Below are positions 24,534 to 32,000 of a DNA stretch of 32,000 bases, one piece after another. Both the position numbers and the translations under genes were made by a program. The number at the start of each line of letters is the position of its first letter. The first letter of the stretch is position 1. The notes beneath the pieces are model-generated. The model did not search any database and was not told the DNA's origin. It was given only the letters and a program-made list of their open reading frames with translations. Origin of the DNA: Candidatus Omnitrophota bacterium (GTDB lineage Bacteria > Omnitrophota > Gorgyraeia > Duberdicusellales > 4484-171); contig JAIPHU010000013.1 of the NCBI GenBank assembly GCA_021735045.1, positions 1 to 32,000 on the forward strand. The letters are read 5' to 3'.

Positions 24534-25469
24534 ATGGATAAGATTGTTTATTTTGGAAGCTCTAATTTTTCGAAAAAAATATTACAAGCTCTTATAGAGG
24601 CTAAGATTAAACCTCTATTGGTTGTGACCAAGCCTGATGCCCCTAAGGGCAGGGGCCTGAAACTTTACCCAACTCAAGTAGCTAAAGTTTCAGAAGACAA
24701 TCATATTGAAGTTACAAAGCCCAGTAATTTAAAAACTATTAAATTTTTAGATAAAATATCTAAGATTAACCCCAACTATTTAGTTGTCGCTGACTACGGA
24801 AAAATTATTCCAAATTCACTACTGTCGATACCGAAAATTTTACCGCTGGGGGTTCACCCATCACTCTTGCCATTTTATAGAGGGCCTGCGCCAATCGAAA
24901 GAACTTTAATTGATAACAGAAAAATAACCGGCGCCACAATTTTTAAACTAGATAAGGGTATTGATACCGGGCCTATAGTTTTACAGAAAAAGATAAAAAT
25001 TGAATCAAACGACACCTACTTTAGCCTTTCAAAAAAATTAGCAACTTTAGGCACAGAAGCTCTTATTGAAACTCTCTATCAACTAAAAGATAACCCGCCA
25101 AAATTAGAAAAACAAGATAGAAATAAAGCTACTTTTGCACCTAAACTATCTAAACAAGATGGAAAAATTAATTGGGAAAATAACGCTGAAAAAATAAAGA
25201 ACTTAATTAGAGCAACCCTGAATTGGCCTACTGCCTATACTTACTACAGGAATAAAATATTAAAAATAACAGAAGCAGAAAGCCTAGAAGATAAAAACGA
25301 ACAAAAACCGTCAACAATTATAAAAATAGACAAATCTGGAATCTATGTAGCTACAAGTTTTGGCATATTGAAAATAAAAAAAGTGAAACCTGAAGGAAAA
25401 AAAGAAATGCCGGCATGGTCTTTTGTTTGCGGCCACAAAATTCAAGAAGGAGACCGTTTTAAATTATGA
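24534..25469 (+). CDS. fmt: Methionyl-tRNA formyltransferase
   Basis: 311 aa with VVTKPDAPKGRG, HPSLLPFYRGPAPI and the C-terminal Fmt domain. Confidence 0.9.
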   Translation: MDKIVYFGSSNFSKKILQALIEAKIKPLLVVTKPDAPKGRGLKLYPTQVAKVSEDNHIEVTKPSNLKTIKFLDKISKINPNYLVVADYGKIIPNSLLSIPKILPLGVHPSLLPFYRGPAPIERTLIDNRKITGATIFKLDKGIDTGPIVLQKKIKIESNDTYFSLSKKLATLGTEALIETLYQLKDNPPKLEKQDRNKATFAPKLSKQDGKINWENNAEKIKNLIRATLNWPTAYTYYRNKILKITEAESLEDKNEQKPSTIIKIDKSGIYVATSFGILKIKKVKPEGKKEMPAWSFVCGHKIQEGDRFKL

Positions 25470-25738
25470 GAAAACAATATCACTTATTTTTTTCTGGTAC
25501 GGTTCAAGGGGTTGGTTTTCGTTTTACCACCCGGGCTTTAGCCCAAAAACATAAAGTGAAGGGCTGGGTTAAAAATTTATCCGATGGGCGGGTTGAGCTT
25601 ATTGCTGAAGCCGAAAAAGACAATTTAGATAATTTTCTCGCAGAATTAAAAGAAAGGTTTAAACACAATATCTCTGATTTAGAAAAAGAAGAAAATAAAC
25701 CCACAGAGCATTATCAAGACTTTCAGGTAACCTTCTGA
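25466..25738 (+). CDS. acyP: Acylphosphatase
   Basis: 90 aa with the acylphosphatase signature GTVQGVGFRFTT and GWVKNLSDGRVE. The start overlaps the fmt stop as ATGA. Confidence 0.85.
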   Translation: MRKQYHLFFSGTVQGVGFRFTTRALAQKHKVKGWVKNLSDGRVELIAEAEKDNLDNFLAELKERFKHNISDLEKEENKPTEHYQDFQVTF

Positions 25739-25745
25739 AAAAAAA

Positions 25746-27740
25746 ATGGCAACAAATAAAATTAAATCACAAATTAGAGGTCTTCGTGAAAAAATCAGAG
25801 AAGCCGATTATCATTATTACGTACAAAATGACCCTCAGATATCTGATAAAGAATATGATGACCTGCTAAAAAATTTAAAATCTCTAGAAAAAAAACACCC
25901 TCAACTAATAACTCCTGATTCTCCCACTCAAAGAGTAAGTGGCGGGCTTCTAGAAGAATTCCCTGCAGTAAAACATAAAACAAAAATGCTTTCTTTAGAT
26001 AATACCTATTCAATTGAGGAACTGAAAGAATGGGAAAAAAAGATGAAAAGGATTTTAAAAAAAGATATAACCTTTAGCTACATCTGCGAGTTAAAAATTG
26101 ATGGGATTAGTTGTTCACTTAACTACCAAAACGGCCGCTTAGCTAGGGGGTTAACTCGAGGCGATGGCCAAAAAGGCGAGGACATAACTCCCAATATAAA
26201 AACTATCCCTTCAGTTCCTTTAAAATTGCGCAAAAATCATCCTAAAAACTTAGAAGTTAGAGGTGAAGTCTATATTAGCAAAAAAGATTTTGAAAAATTA
26301 AACCAACAGCGTCTAGAAAAAAGTAAAAATCCTTTTGCTAACCCCAGAAATGCTGCCGGCGGTTCACTAAAACTTCTTAACCCGAGCCTAGTTGCTAAAC
26401 GAAATCTAAAATGTTTTATTCATTCTTTTGGCTGGATAGAAGGTTATAAATTTAATTCACAACAAGAATTCTTTAAAAAAATAACCAAGTGGGGCCTAAG
26501 AACCCAAAAAGAAAATAAACTTTGCAAAAACCTAGAACAAGTTATCAACTACTGCAGAACTTTCCAGCAAAAACGGGATAGCCTCAACTATGAAGCAGAC
26601 GGAGTAGTAGTCAAGGTTAATGATCTAGATTTACAAAAAAAATTAGGTTCTACTCAAAAATCACCACGCTGGGCAGTAGCTTATAAGTTTCCCGCAATAA
26701 GAAAAACTACTAAAATAAAAAAAGTAGAGTTCGGAGTAGGCCGCACCGGAATTATTACCCCGGTTGCAATTCTACAACCCGTCCGTTGCGGAGGTGCAAC
26801 TATAAAACGAACAACCCTGCATAATTTTGATGAAGTTAAACGGCTTGGTGTAAAAATTGAAGATACAGTTTTAATTGAAAGAGCCGGTGATGTTATACCT
26901 AAAATCATTAAAGTTATCAACTCAAAGCGTAATGGCAAAGAAAAACCAATAACTGAGCCAAAAAAATGTCCAGTTTGTGATGGAGCAGTGGAAAAAGAAG
27001 AAGTCTATCTCTTTTGCCTTAATCCAAACTGTCCCAGCAAGCTTAAACGCTCTTTAGTTCATTTTGCCAGCCGCGGGGCAATGGATATAGAAGGAATGGG
27101 AGAAAGCCTAATTGAAGAACTGGTTAATAGAGGGCTTATTCATAATATTTCAGATATATACAAACTAACTAAAAAAGACTTACTAACTTTACCGTTATTT
27201 AAAGAGAAAAAAGCAAACAATATAATAAAATCAATTTCAAAAAGTAAAAATCAATCTTTAAGCAATCTTTTGTTTGGCTTAGGCATTCCTCATGTTGGAA
27301 AAAAAGCTGCTAATACTTTAACTGACCATTTCAAATCCCTTGATAAAATTATTCACTTAAAAGAAAAAGATTTAGAAAAAATAGATGAAATTGGGCCAGT
27401 TATGGCTAAATCAATTGTAAAGTTCTTTGCACAAAAATCTGTTAATAAAACATTAAAAGAATTTAAAAGATTAGGGCTATCACCAAAAAAAGAAGAGGGT
27501 AAAAAATCTGATCGGCTAAACAAAAAAACTTTCGTTTTTACCGGCCAACTTAACAACTTCAGCCGTAATCAAGCCCAAAAGAAGGTGGAGGAGTTAGGAG
27601 GGAGATGGTCATCATCGATAAGCAGCAAAACCGACTTTCTAGTCGCTGGCAAAGACCCTGGTTCTAAATATAGCCAGGCAAAAGAAAAAAAGGTAAAAAT
27701 TCTTTCAGAAGATAATTTTCTGAAATTGGTTGGCATTTAA
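25746..27740 (+). CDS. ligA: NAD-dependent DNA ligase
   Basis: 664 aa. It has the adenylation motif CELKIDG, a Cys4 zinc finger (CPVCDG...CLNPNC), an HhH region and a C-terminal BRCT (FVFTGQL). Confidence 0.97.
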   Translation: MATNKIKSQIRGLREKIREADYHYYVQNDPQISDKEYDDLLKNLKSLEKKHPQLITPDSPTQRVSGGLLEEFPAVKHKTKMLSLDNTYSIEELKEWEKKMKRILKKDITFSYICELKIDGISCSLNYQNGRLARGLTRGDGQKGEDITPNIKTIPSVPLKLRKNHPKNLEVRGEVYISKKDFEKLNQQRLEKSKNPFANPRNAAGGSLKLLNPSLVAKRNLKCFIHSFGWIEGYKFNSQQEFFKKITKWGLRTQKENKLCKNLEQVINYCRTFQQKRDSLNYEADGVVVKVNDLDLQKKLGSTQKSPRWAVAYKFPAIRKTTKIKKVEFGVGRTGIITPVAILQPVRCGGATIKRTTLHNFDEVKRLGVKIEDTVLIERAGDVIPKIIKVINSKRNGKEKPITEPKKCPVCDGAVEKEEVYLFCLNPNCPSKLKRSLVHFASRGAMDIEGMGESLIEELVNRGLIHNISDIYKLTKKDLLTLPLFKEKKANNIIKSISKSKNQSLSNLLFGLGIPHVGKKAANTLTDHFKSLDKIIHLKEKDLEKIDEIGPVMAKSIVKFFAQKSVNKTLKEFKRLGLSPKKEEGKKSDRLNKKTFVFTGQLNNFSRNQAQKKVEELGGRWSSSISSKTDFLVAGKDPGSKYSQAKEKKVKILSEDNFLKLVGI

Positions 27741-27741
27741 T

Positions 27742-27769
27742 GTAGGGGCACATTGCAATGTGCCCCTAC
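27742..27769. repeat. 28-bp GTAG...CTAC palindrome, copy 3, directly after the ligA stop
   Basis: GTAGGGGCACATTG/CAATGTGCCCCTAC is a perfect palindrome. It has the same 8-bp ends as the rsmE copies but a different, self-complementary centre. It is followed by a partial repeat, ATGCAATGTGATGTGCC. Confidence 0.7.
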
Positions 27770-27823
27770 ATGCAATGTGATGTGCCTCTTGATTTTTTAA
27801 CAATATCATCTATAATAATTGAA

Positions 27824-28363
27824 ATGTCGCCTAAACAGTTACATCTCTTTGGAACCAAAATAGACAAAGGAAAGAAACTCCAAAGAGAAGGAATAGTTGT
27901 GCCCATTGATACAACTATTTTGCTTGTAGTTGTAATTATCCTTTTATTTATCATTGCTTTCTCCTGGGGAGTCGAAAGAGGAAGAAGGTTAACATTAAAA
28001 GATTTGTCAATAGAAGCTAACTCTGAGGAAAAAAATATTGTAGCCAAAAACGAACTCGATCACGAAACAATTAAAGAAGTAAAAGAAAAAGAAGCCGAAA
28101 AAATAGAAGAAACAAAAGAAGAAAATAAAATAGTTGAAGCCAAAAATCCTTTATACAGAATACAAGTAGCCTCTTTTCGAAAACTTAGTAGCGCCAACCA
28201 AGAGGCTGAAAAATTGAGAAAAAAAGGTTATCCTGTAAAAATTAAAGAAAAAGGAAAATATTCAGTGGTTTATGCGGGAAAATTTGAAAACAAAAAGGAA
28301 GCTAAAGAAGATTTGAAAAAACTAAAAAAAATCTATAAGGATTGTATATTAAGGAGGTTATAA
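27824..28363 (+). CDS. SPOR-domain membrane protein
   Basis: A TM segment (TILLVVVIILLFIIAFSW) is followed by the C-terminal SPOR fold YRIQVASFRKLSSANQEAEKLRKKGYPVKI...YSVVYAGKFENKKEA. I prefer the ATG at 27824, because the longer ORF would begin inside the palindrome. Confidence 0.7.
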   Translation: MSPKQLHLFGTKIDKGKKLQREGIVVPIDTTILLVVVIILLFIIAFSWGVERGRRLTLKDLSIEANSEEKNIVAKNELDHETIKEVKEKEAEKIEETKEENKIVEAKNPLYRIQVASFRKLSSANQEAEKLRKKGYPVKIKEKGKYSVVYAGKFENKKEAKEDLKKLKKIYKDCILRRL

Positions 28364-28635
28364 TGGGACTGCATCCATCACTAAAAAGAGGCCAAAAACT
28401 TGGCGGAGAACGCTCAGTGTTAAAACGTTCAGAAAGAATCAAACGCCTTATCGAAGAAGATAAATGGGAAGAAGGCGATTCTGTTTTAGGTCTGCCTAAG
28501 GTAAAAGTAGTCAAGATGAAGGCGATGAAGAAGGAAAAACCTAAAGAAAAAGAAGAAGACCAAGAAACTGCTGAAACTTCAGAAAAAACAGAAGGCCAAC
28601 CGAAAGAAGCGGAAAAGAAAAAGCCTGAAAAATAA
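28363..28635 (+). CDS. Small basic protein (MGLHPSLKRG... family) with K/E-rich tail
   Basis: AAGGAGG lies 6 nt upstream, and the ATG overlaps the upstream TAA as TAATG. The N terminus MGLHPSLKRGQKLGGERSVLKRSERI resembles the conserved small basic protein family. Confidence 0.55.
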   Translation: MGLHPSLKRGQKLGGERSVLKRSERIKRLIEEDKWEEGDSVLGLPKVKVVKMKAMKKEKPKEKEEDQETAETSEKTEGQPKEAEKKKPEK

Positions 28636-28637
28636 CA

Positions 28638-29357
28638 ATGGATTTTATAAAAATATCCTTATTGTTTATTTTTATAACTACCGGTTTAGTGTTAACTAAT
28701 CCCGCTTTTCCAAAAAATTATAAAGCCAAAAAAGAAAAAGTTAATATCCGTATCGACTCAACAACTTCATCTAAATCAATTGGAAATTTAAACAGCCAAG
28801 AAATAGTTGAAGTAGTTCAAGAAAAATATAATTGGTACAAAATAAAACTTCCTTCTAGACTAAATTGCTGGGTCTGGTCTGATCTAGTAAAAAAAATTAA
28901 CAAAGATAAAGGCATAGCAGAAGGAACCAATATAAATATTCGCAGCAAGCCTTCTCTTGATGGAGCAATCATTGGATCATTGGATAAAAATAATGAAGTT
29001 ATAATTAGAAATGAGAACAAGGATTGGCTGCAAATAAATTGCCATCCTTATGCCTGTGGCTGGGTCCACAGTAAACTGCTAGAAAAAGTTACCCCAAAAG
29101 AGGAAAAAATTAATCCTTATAAAAAGATTACAAAACTTTCTAAAAAAGGCAAAAACAACCCCGAATTAATTTCTCACTTCTTTGCCCAAGCAAAATCAGA
29201 TTCTTTCAAAAATTCGGCCCTTTATCTTGATGTATTACAAAATATTATCTTAGAATATTCTCCTAAACTACCTTTTTATTACTTAGCTAAAAAAAATAAA
29301 CTTTCTGATGATATAATACAAAAAGCTTATACTTTTTTAAAAAATTCATACAAATAA
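28638..29357 (+). CDS. Secreted protein with two bacterial SH3 domains
   Basis: 239 aa with a signal/anchor sequence and two SH3b-like units (VNIRIDSTTSSKSIGNL...WYKIKL and INIRSKPSLDGAIIGSL...WLQI). Confidence 0.65.
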   Translation: MDFIKISLLFIFITTGLVLTNPAFPKNYKAKKEKVNIRIDSTTSSKSIGNLNSQEIVEVVQEKYNWYKIKLPSRLNCWVWSDLVKKINKDKGIAEGTNINIRSKPSLDGAIIGSLDKNNEVIIRNENKDWLQINCHPYACGWVHSKLLEKVTPKEEKINPYKKITKLSKKGKNNPELISHFFAQAKSDSFKNSALYLDVLQNIILEYSPKLPFYYLAKKNKLSDDIIQKAYTFLKNSYK

Positions 29358-29368
29358 GATAAAAACAA

Positions 29369-29983
29369 ATGGAACTTATTTTTTCTATTTTACGTATTGC
29401 AATTCTTGTTTTTTCGTTATGCTTTCATGAATATTGTCACGGCTGGGCTGCATCTAAACTAGGAGACCCTACACCAAAAGAATCGGGACGATTAACCTTA
29501 AACCCTTTAGCACACATTGATCTATTTGGAACAATAATTTTACCTATTTTATTAGCAATGACGGCTGGATTTCCTATCGGTTATGCTAAACCGGTACCGA
29601 TAAATCCTAATCATTTTAAAAATCCAAAAAAAGACATCAAATGGATAGGCTTATCTGGGCCAATGGCCAATATGTTATTATTACTCGTTTTCATTATCCT
29701 TATAAAGATAAACTTTCCTTTTAAGCCTTTTCTTATATATGGATTAATCATAAACCTAATATTTGCAACAATAAATCTTATTCCTATCCCACCTTTAGAT
29801 GGGTCGCGAGTTGTTGCTTCTTTTTTACCTTACAAATTATCACGCTCATATCTTAAAATAGAGCCTTACGGAATTATTCTAGTTATTATTTTAATAATTA
29901 TCTCATTCAAAACTGGTATATTTAGAAAATTTATTTTAATTTCAATGAAAGCCATTTTTAATTTATCTAATATAAATATTTGA
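29369..29983 (+). CDS. Site-2 protease family (peptidase M50) membrane protein
   Basis: 204 aa with the HExxH motif HEYCHGWAA, then GRLTLNPLAHIDLFGT and the late NLIPIPPLDGS motif. Confidence 0.8.
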   Translation: MELIFSILRIAILVFSLCFHEYCHGWAASKLGDPTPKESGRLTLNPLAHIDLFGTIILPILLAMTAGFPIGYAKPVPINPNHFKNPKKDIKWIGLSGPMANMLLLLVFIILIKINFPFKPFLIYGLIINLIFATINLIPIPPLDGSRVVASFLPYKLSRSYLKIEPYGIILVIILIIISFKTGIFRKFILISMKAIFNLSNINI

Positions 29984-31065
29984 TTATGAAAAAAATAAAT
30001 TTAAAACTCAAAAACAATCCCTACCCAATAATTATAGAATCTAACCTAAAAGATAATTTATTAACGCATATAAAAAAAGCTAAATTAGGAAATCTGGGTT
30101 TTGTGATCACTTCCCCTAAAGTTTATCAATTTTATCAAAAAACAATTAAGAAAAATTTTCCCAGCAAAAACTTTAAAATAATTATTACTGCCGATGGAGA
30201 AAAAGCTAAATCAAAATCTTGGCTGTTTAAAATAATTAAAACAATTCTTAAATTCGACAAAACAAACAAAAAACCGTTTATAGTTTGCTTGGGTGGCGGG
30301 ACAATCGGAGACCTCGGCGGTTTTATAGCTTCGATATATAAAAGAGGCATTCCTTATGTACAAATTCCTACCACCCTAATCGGCCAAATTGATTCTAGCA
30401 TCGGCGGTAAAACTGCAATCGACCTGCCGGAAGCAAAAAATATAGTCGGTTCCTTTTATCAGCCAAAAGTTGTGTTGATTGATCCTAACTTTTTAAAAAC
30501 CTTAACAAAAAAAGATTTTAAAGAAGGGTTAGCAGAAGCAATAAAATATGGCTTAATCAAAGACCAGGACTTATTTTATCTTATAAAAAATAACACCAAA
30601 AAGATAATGGCCCTAGATCCAGCATTGATTAATAAAATAATATATAAGTCAGCTAAAATAAAAGCAAAAATTGTCGAAGAAGACGAAAAAGAAAAAAAAG
30701 GAATTCGTACCATCTTAAATTTTGGCCACACCTTTGCCCATGGCCTAGAGGCAGCTTCTCGATATAAAAAGATATCACACGGAAGAGCAGTCGCAATCGG
30801 CATGCTTTATGCCGCATACCTTTCAAAACAACTAGGTAAATGTTCAGAAAAAGAAATAGAGGAGATTAAAACCATATTAGAACTATACAATCTTCCCACC
30901 AAAATTCAATTTGGCCCCAAAGAGGTTTTAAGATCTATTAGTTACGATAAAAAATTTACTGCTGGTAAAATCCGAATGGTCTTAATCCGAAAAATAGCCA
31001 AAGTAGAAGTTTCTGACAAGGTAACAGTTCAAAACCTAAAGAAAAGCTTTAAAAAAATTAAGTAG
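29980..31065 (+). CDS. aroB: 3-dehydroquinate synthase
   Basis: 361 aa with GGGTIGDLGGF, IPTTLIGQIDSSIGGKT and LNFGHTFAH. Confidence 0.9.
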   Translation: MIMKKINLKLKNNPYPIIIESNLKDNLLTHIKKAKLGNLGFVITSPKVYQFYQKTIKKNFPSKNFKIIITADGEKAKSKSWLFKIIKTILKFDKTNKKPFIVCLGGGTIGDLGGFIASIYKRGIPYVQIPTTLIGQIDSSIGGKTAIDLPEAKNIVGSFYQPKVVLIDPNFLKTLTKKDFKEGLAEAIKYGLIKDQDLFYLIKNNTKKIMALDPALINKIIYKSAKIKAKIVEEDEKEKKGIRTILNFGHTFAHGLEAASRYKKISHGRAVAIGMLYAAYLSKQLGKCSEKEIEEIKTILELYNLPTKIQFGPKEVLRSISYDKKFTAGKIRMVLIRKIAKVEVSDKVTVQNLKKSFKKIK

Positions 31066-31069
31066 TTTA

Positions 31070-31097
31070 TTGACTTACCCGTATAAATGTGTTATAT
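31070..31097 (+). promoter_or_regulatory. Candidate sigma70-type promoter for the PilZ gene
   Basis: TTGACT (31070-31075), a 16-nt spacer, then TTATAT (31092-31097), upstream of a GGAGGAG SD and the ATG at 31117. Confidence 0.35.
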
Positions 31098-31116
31098 TTT
31101 ATAATTGGAGGAGAAG

Positions 31117-31449
31117 ATGGTAGACGAGCGACGTAAATACCCTAGATTTGGTGTATCATTTCCTGTTGAATGTACTACTTTACCTTCAAGAAAATATTTT
31201 TACACTGTAACAAAAGATTTAAGTTTAGGAGGAGCAAAAATAGTTTCAAATAACTTTTTACCAAAAAAAGAATCTTTTAAAGTTAATGTAAACCTAATAG
31301 ATAAAGTAATTGATTTAGAAGCCAAAGTAGCTTGGTGTAAAGAAGAAAGAAGACAACAAAGATATTCAGCAGGACTAACATTTCAAAATCTAAATCAGGA
31401 AAACAAAAAAGAACTTTCTCACTTTATCCAAAGCATATATAACGCCTAG
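31117..31449 (+). CDS. PilZ-domain protein
   Basis: RRKYPR (RxxxR) and DLSLGG (DxSxxG) are c-di-GMP-binding motifs. I prefer the ATG at 31117 after GGAGGAG over the TTG at 31105. Confidence 0.75.
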   Translation: MVDERRKYPRFGVSFPVECTTLPSRKYFYTVTKDLSLGGAKIVSNNFLPKKESFKVNVNLIDKVIDLEAKVAWCKEERRQQRYSAGLTFQNLNQENKKELSHFIQSIYNA

Positions 31450-31479
31450 AAACATCTCCAAATAAAAAAAAAGGAAAAT

Positions 31480-31659
31480 ATGAGCAAAAGAGCTGAAGCA
31501 AAAAGAAAAAATTGTCTTAACTGCAATAAGTCATTACGCCGAGTTGACTGGTACTACAGAAACAACGGTTATTTTTGCAATAAATCTTGTTTCAATGCTT
31601 TTCAAAAAAAGAAACAAGCTGAACAAGAGTCTAATAAAGAAAAGGCAAAAAAAGCTTAA
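31480..31659 (+). CDS. Small (59 aa) lysine-rich protein with CxxC...CxxxC motif
   Basis: This ORF is not in the supplied track because it is under 60 aa: MSKRAEAKRKNCLNCNKSLRRVDWYYRNNGYFCNKSCFNAFQKKKQAEQESNKEKAKKA*. AAGGAAA lies upstream, and the ORF sits between two PilZ genes. Confidence 0.4.
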   Translation: MSKRAEAKRKNCLNCNKSLRRVDWYYRNNGYFCNKSCFNAFQKKKQAEQESNKEKAKKA

Positions 31660-31673
31660 AGGCAATAAAAATA

Positions 31674-32000
31674 ATGAAAGAACGGCGTAGATATCCCCGT
31701 TTAGAAAAAAGCCTCCCAATCAAGCTTAAACAAACCCCTGATAAGGATTTTGATATATCAACTGAAACCACCAATATCAGTGCAAGCGGTGCCTATTGCG
31801 CAGTTACAAAATCAATTAAACCAATGACTAAGCTAAAGCTAGTCATTCTTATCCCAATACATAAAGCAAAAACAAAAAAAGTAAGAAAGATTGACTGCCA
31901 GGGAGTTGTAGTCAGAAAAGAAAAAAATGAAAATAATAAAAAATTTCCTTATCGAATTGGTATCTTTTTTAACGAAATTGATAACCAAGACAGAAAATTC
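31674..32000 (+). CDS. PilZ-domain protein (3' end outside window)
   Basis: The frame is open from the ATG at 31674 to the window edge. It carries RRYPR (RxxxR) and NISASG (NxSxxG) motifs. Confidence 0.7.
   Translation, partial: MKERRRYPRLEKSLPIKLKQTPDKDFDISTETTNISASGAYCAVTKSIKPMTKLKLVILIPIHKAKTKKVRKIDCQGVVVRKEKNENNKKFPYRIGIFFNEIDNQDRKF

Noticed and set aside
27758-27823. N-terminal extension MCPYMQCDVPLDFLTISSIIIE of the SPOR protein.
   Set aside because: It would initiate inside the 28-bp palindrome and its partial repeat. The internal ATG at 27824 gives a normal cytoplasmic tail plus TM architecture.
1-32000. Integron integrase (IntI) or any other recombinase/transposase gene.
   Set aside because: No ORF in any frame shows tyrosine-recombinase (R..H..R..Y) or transposase features, so I have not claimed a complete integron.
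1-32000. tRNA, rRNA, tmRNA or other known structured RNA genes in intergenic gaps.
   Set aside because: The gaps are short and either AT-rich or occupied by the repeats described above. I saw no cloverleaf-compatible sequence or conserved rRNA segment by eye, though a tRNAscan/Infernal run would be needed to be certain.

Overview
This is a low-GC (about 30% by eye), tightly packed bacterial chromosomal segment. Every credible gene lies on the + strand, and many neighbouring genes have overlapping or abutting stop and start codons. I ran no searches, so all protein calls rest on motifs I recognise in the supplied translations. The window has two parts. (A) Positions 1-4950 hold an accessory region of six short, unrelated, co-oriented single-ORF units: a RelE/ParE toxin tail, a secreted TPR protein, a membrane protein, an alpha/beta hydrolase, a secreted ankyrin-repeat protein and a DUF4190/pilin-like fusion. 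Each unit is followed by a 75-180 nt GC-rich structured repeat. The repeat ends are complementary and match the integron attC core sites (5' ACATAAC-type RYYYAAC, 3' GTTATGT/GTTAGGT-type GTTRRRY), while the centres differ in sequence but still fold. I read this as the distal part of an integron-type gene-cassette array. No integrase is present in the window, so it is either a CALIN-type cluster (attC sites lacking an integron integrase) or an integron whose intI lies upstream of position 1. (B) Positions 4970-32000 hold housekeeping genes: dtd, lgt, nadE, folK, panC, an aspartate dehydrogenase, uvrA, a TPR protein with ExbB/ExbD, rsmE, mtaB, a pseudouridine synthase, gmhB, a GT28 glycolipid synthase, priA, fmt, acyP, ligA, SPOR and SH3 envelope proteins, an M50 protease, aroB and two PilZ proteins. 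Several things in part B deserve a second look. A family of 28-bp GTAG...CTAC palindromes sits twice in frame inside rsmE and once after ligA. The PriA homologue has lost helicase motifs I, II and VI. There is a 124-aa protein with beta-carbonic-anhydrase zinc-ligand motifs. Heptad-phased AAGG/CCTT and ACTT arrays lie just upstream of uvrA and the pseudouridine synthase gene. No rRNA, tRNA or CRISPR array was seen.
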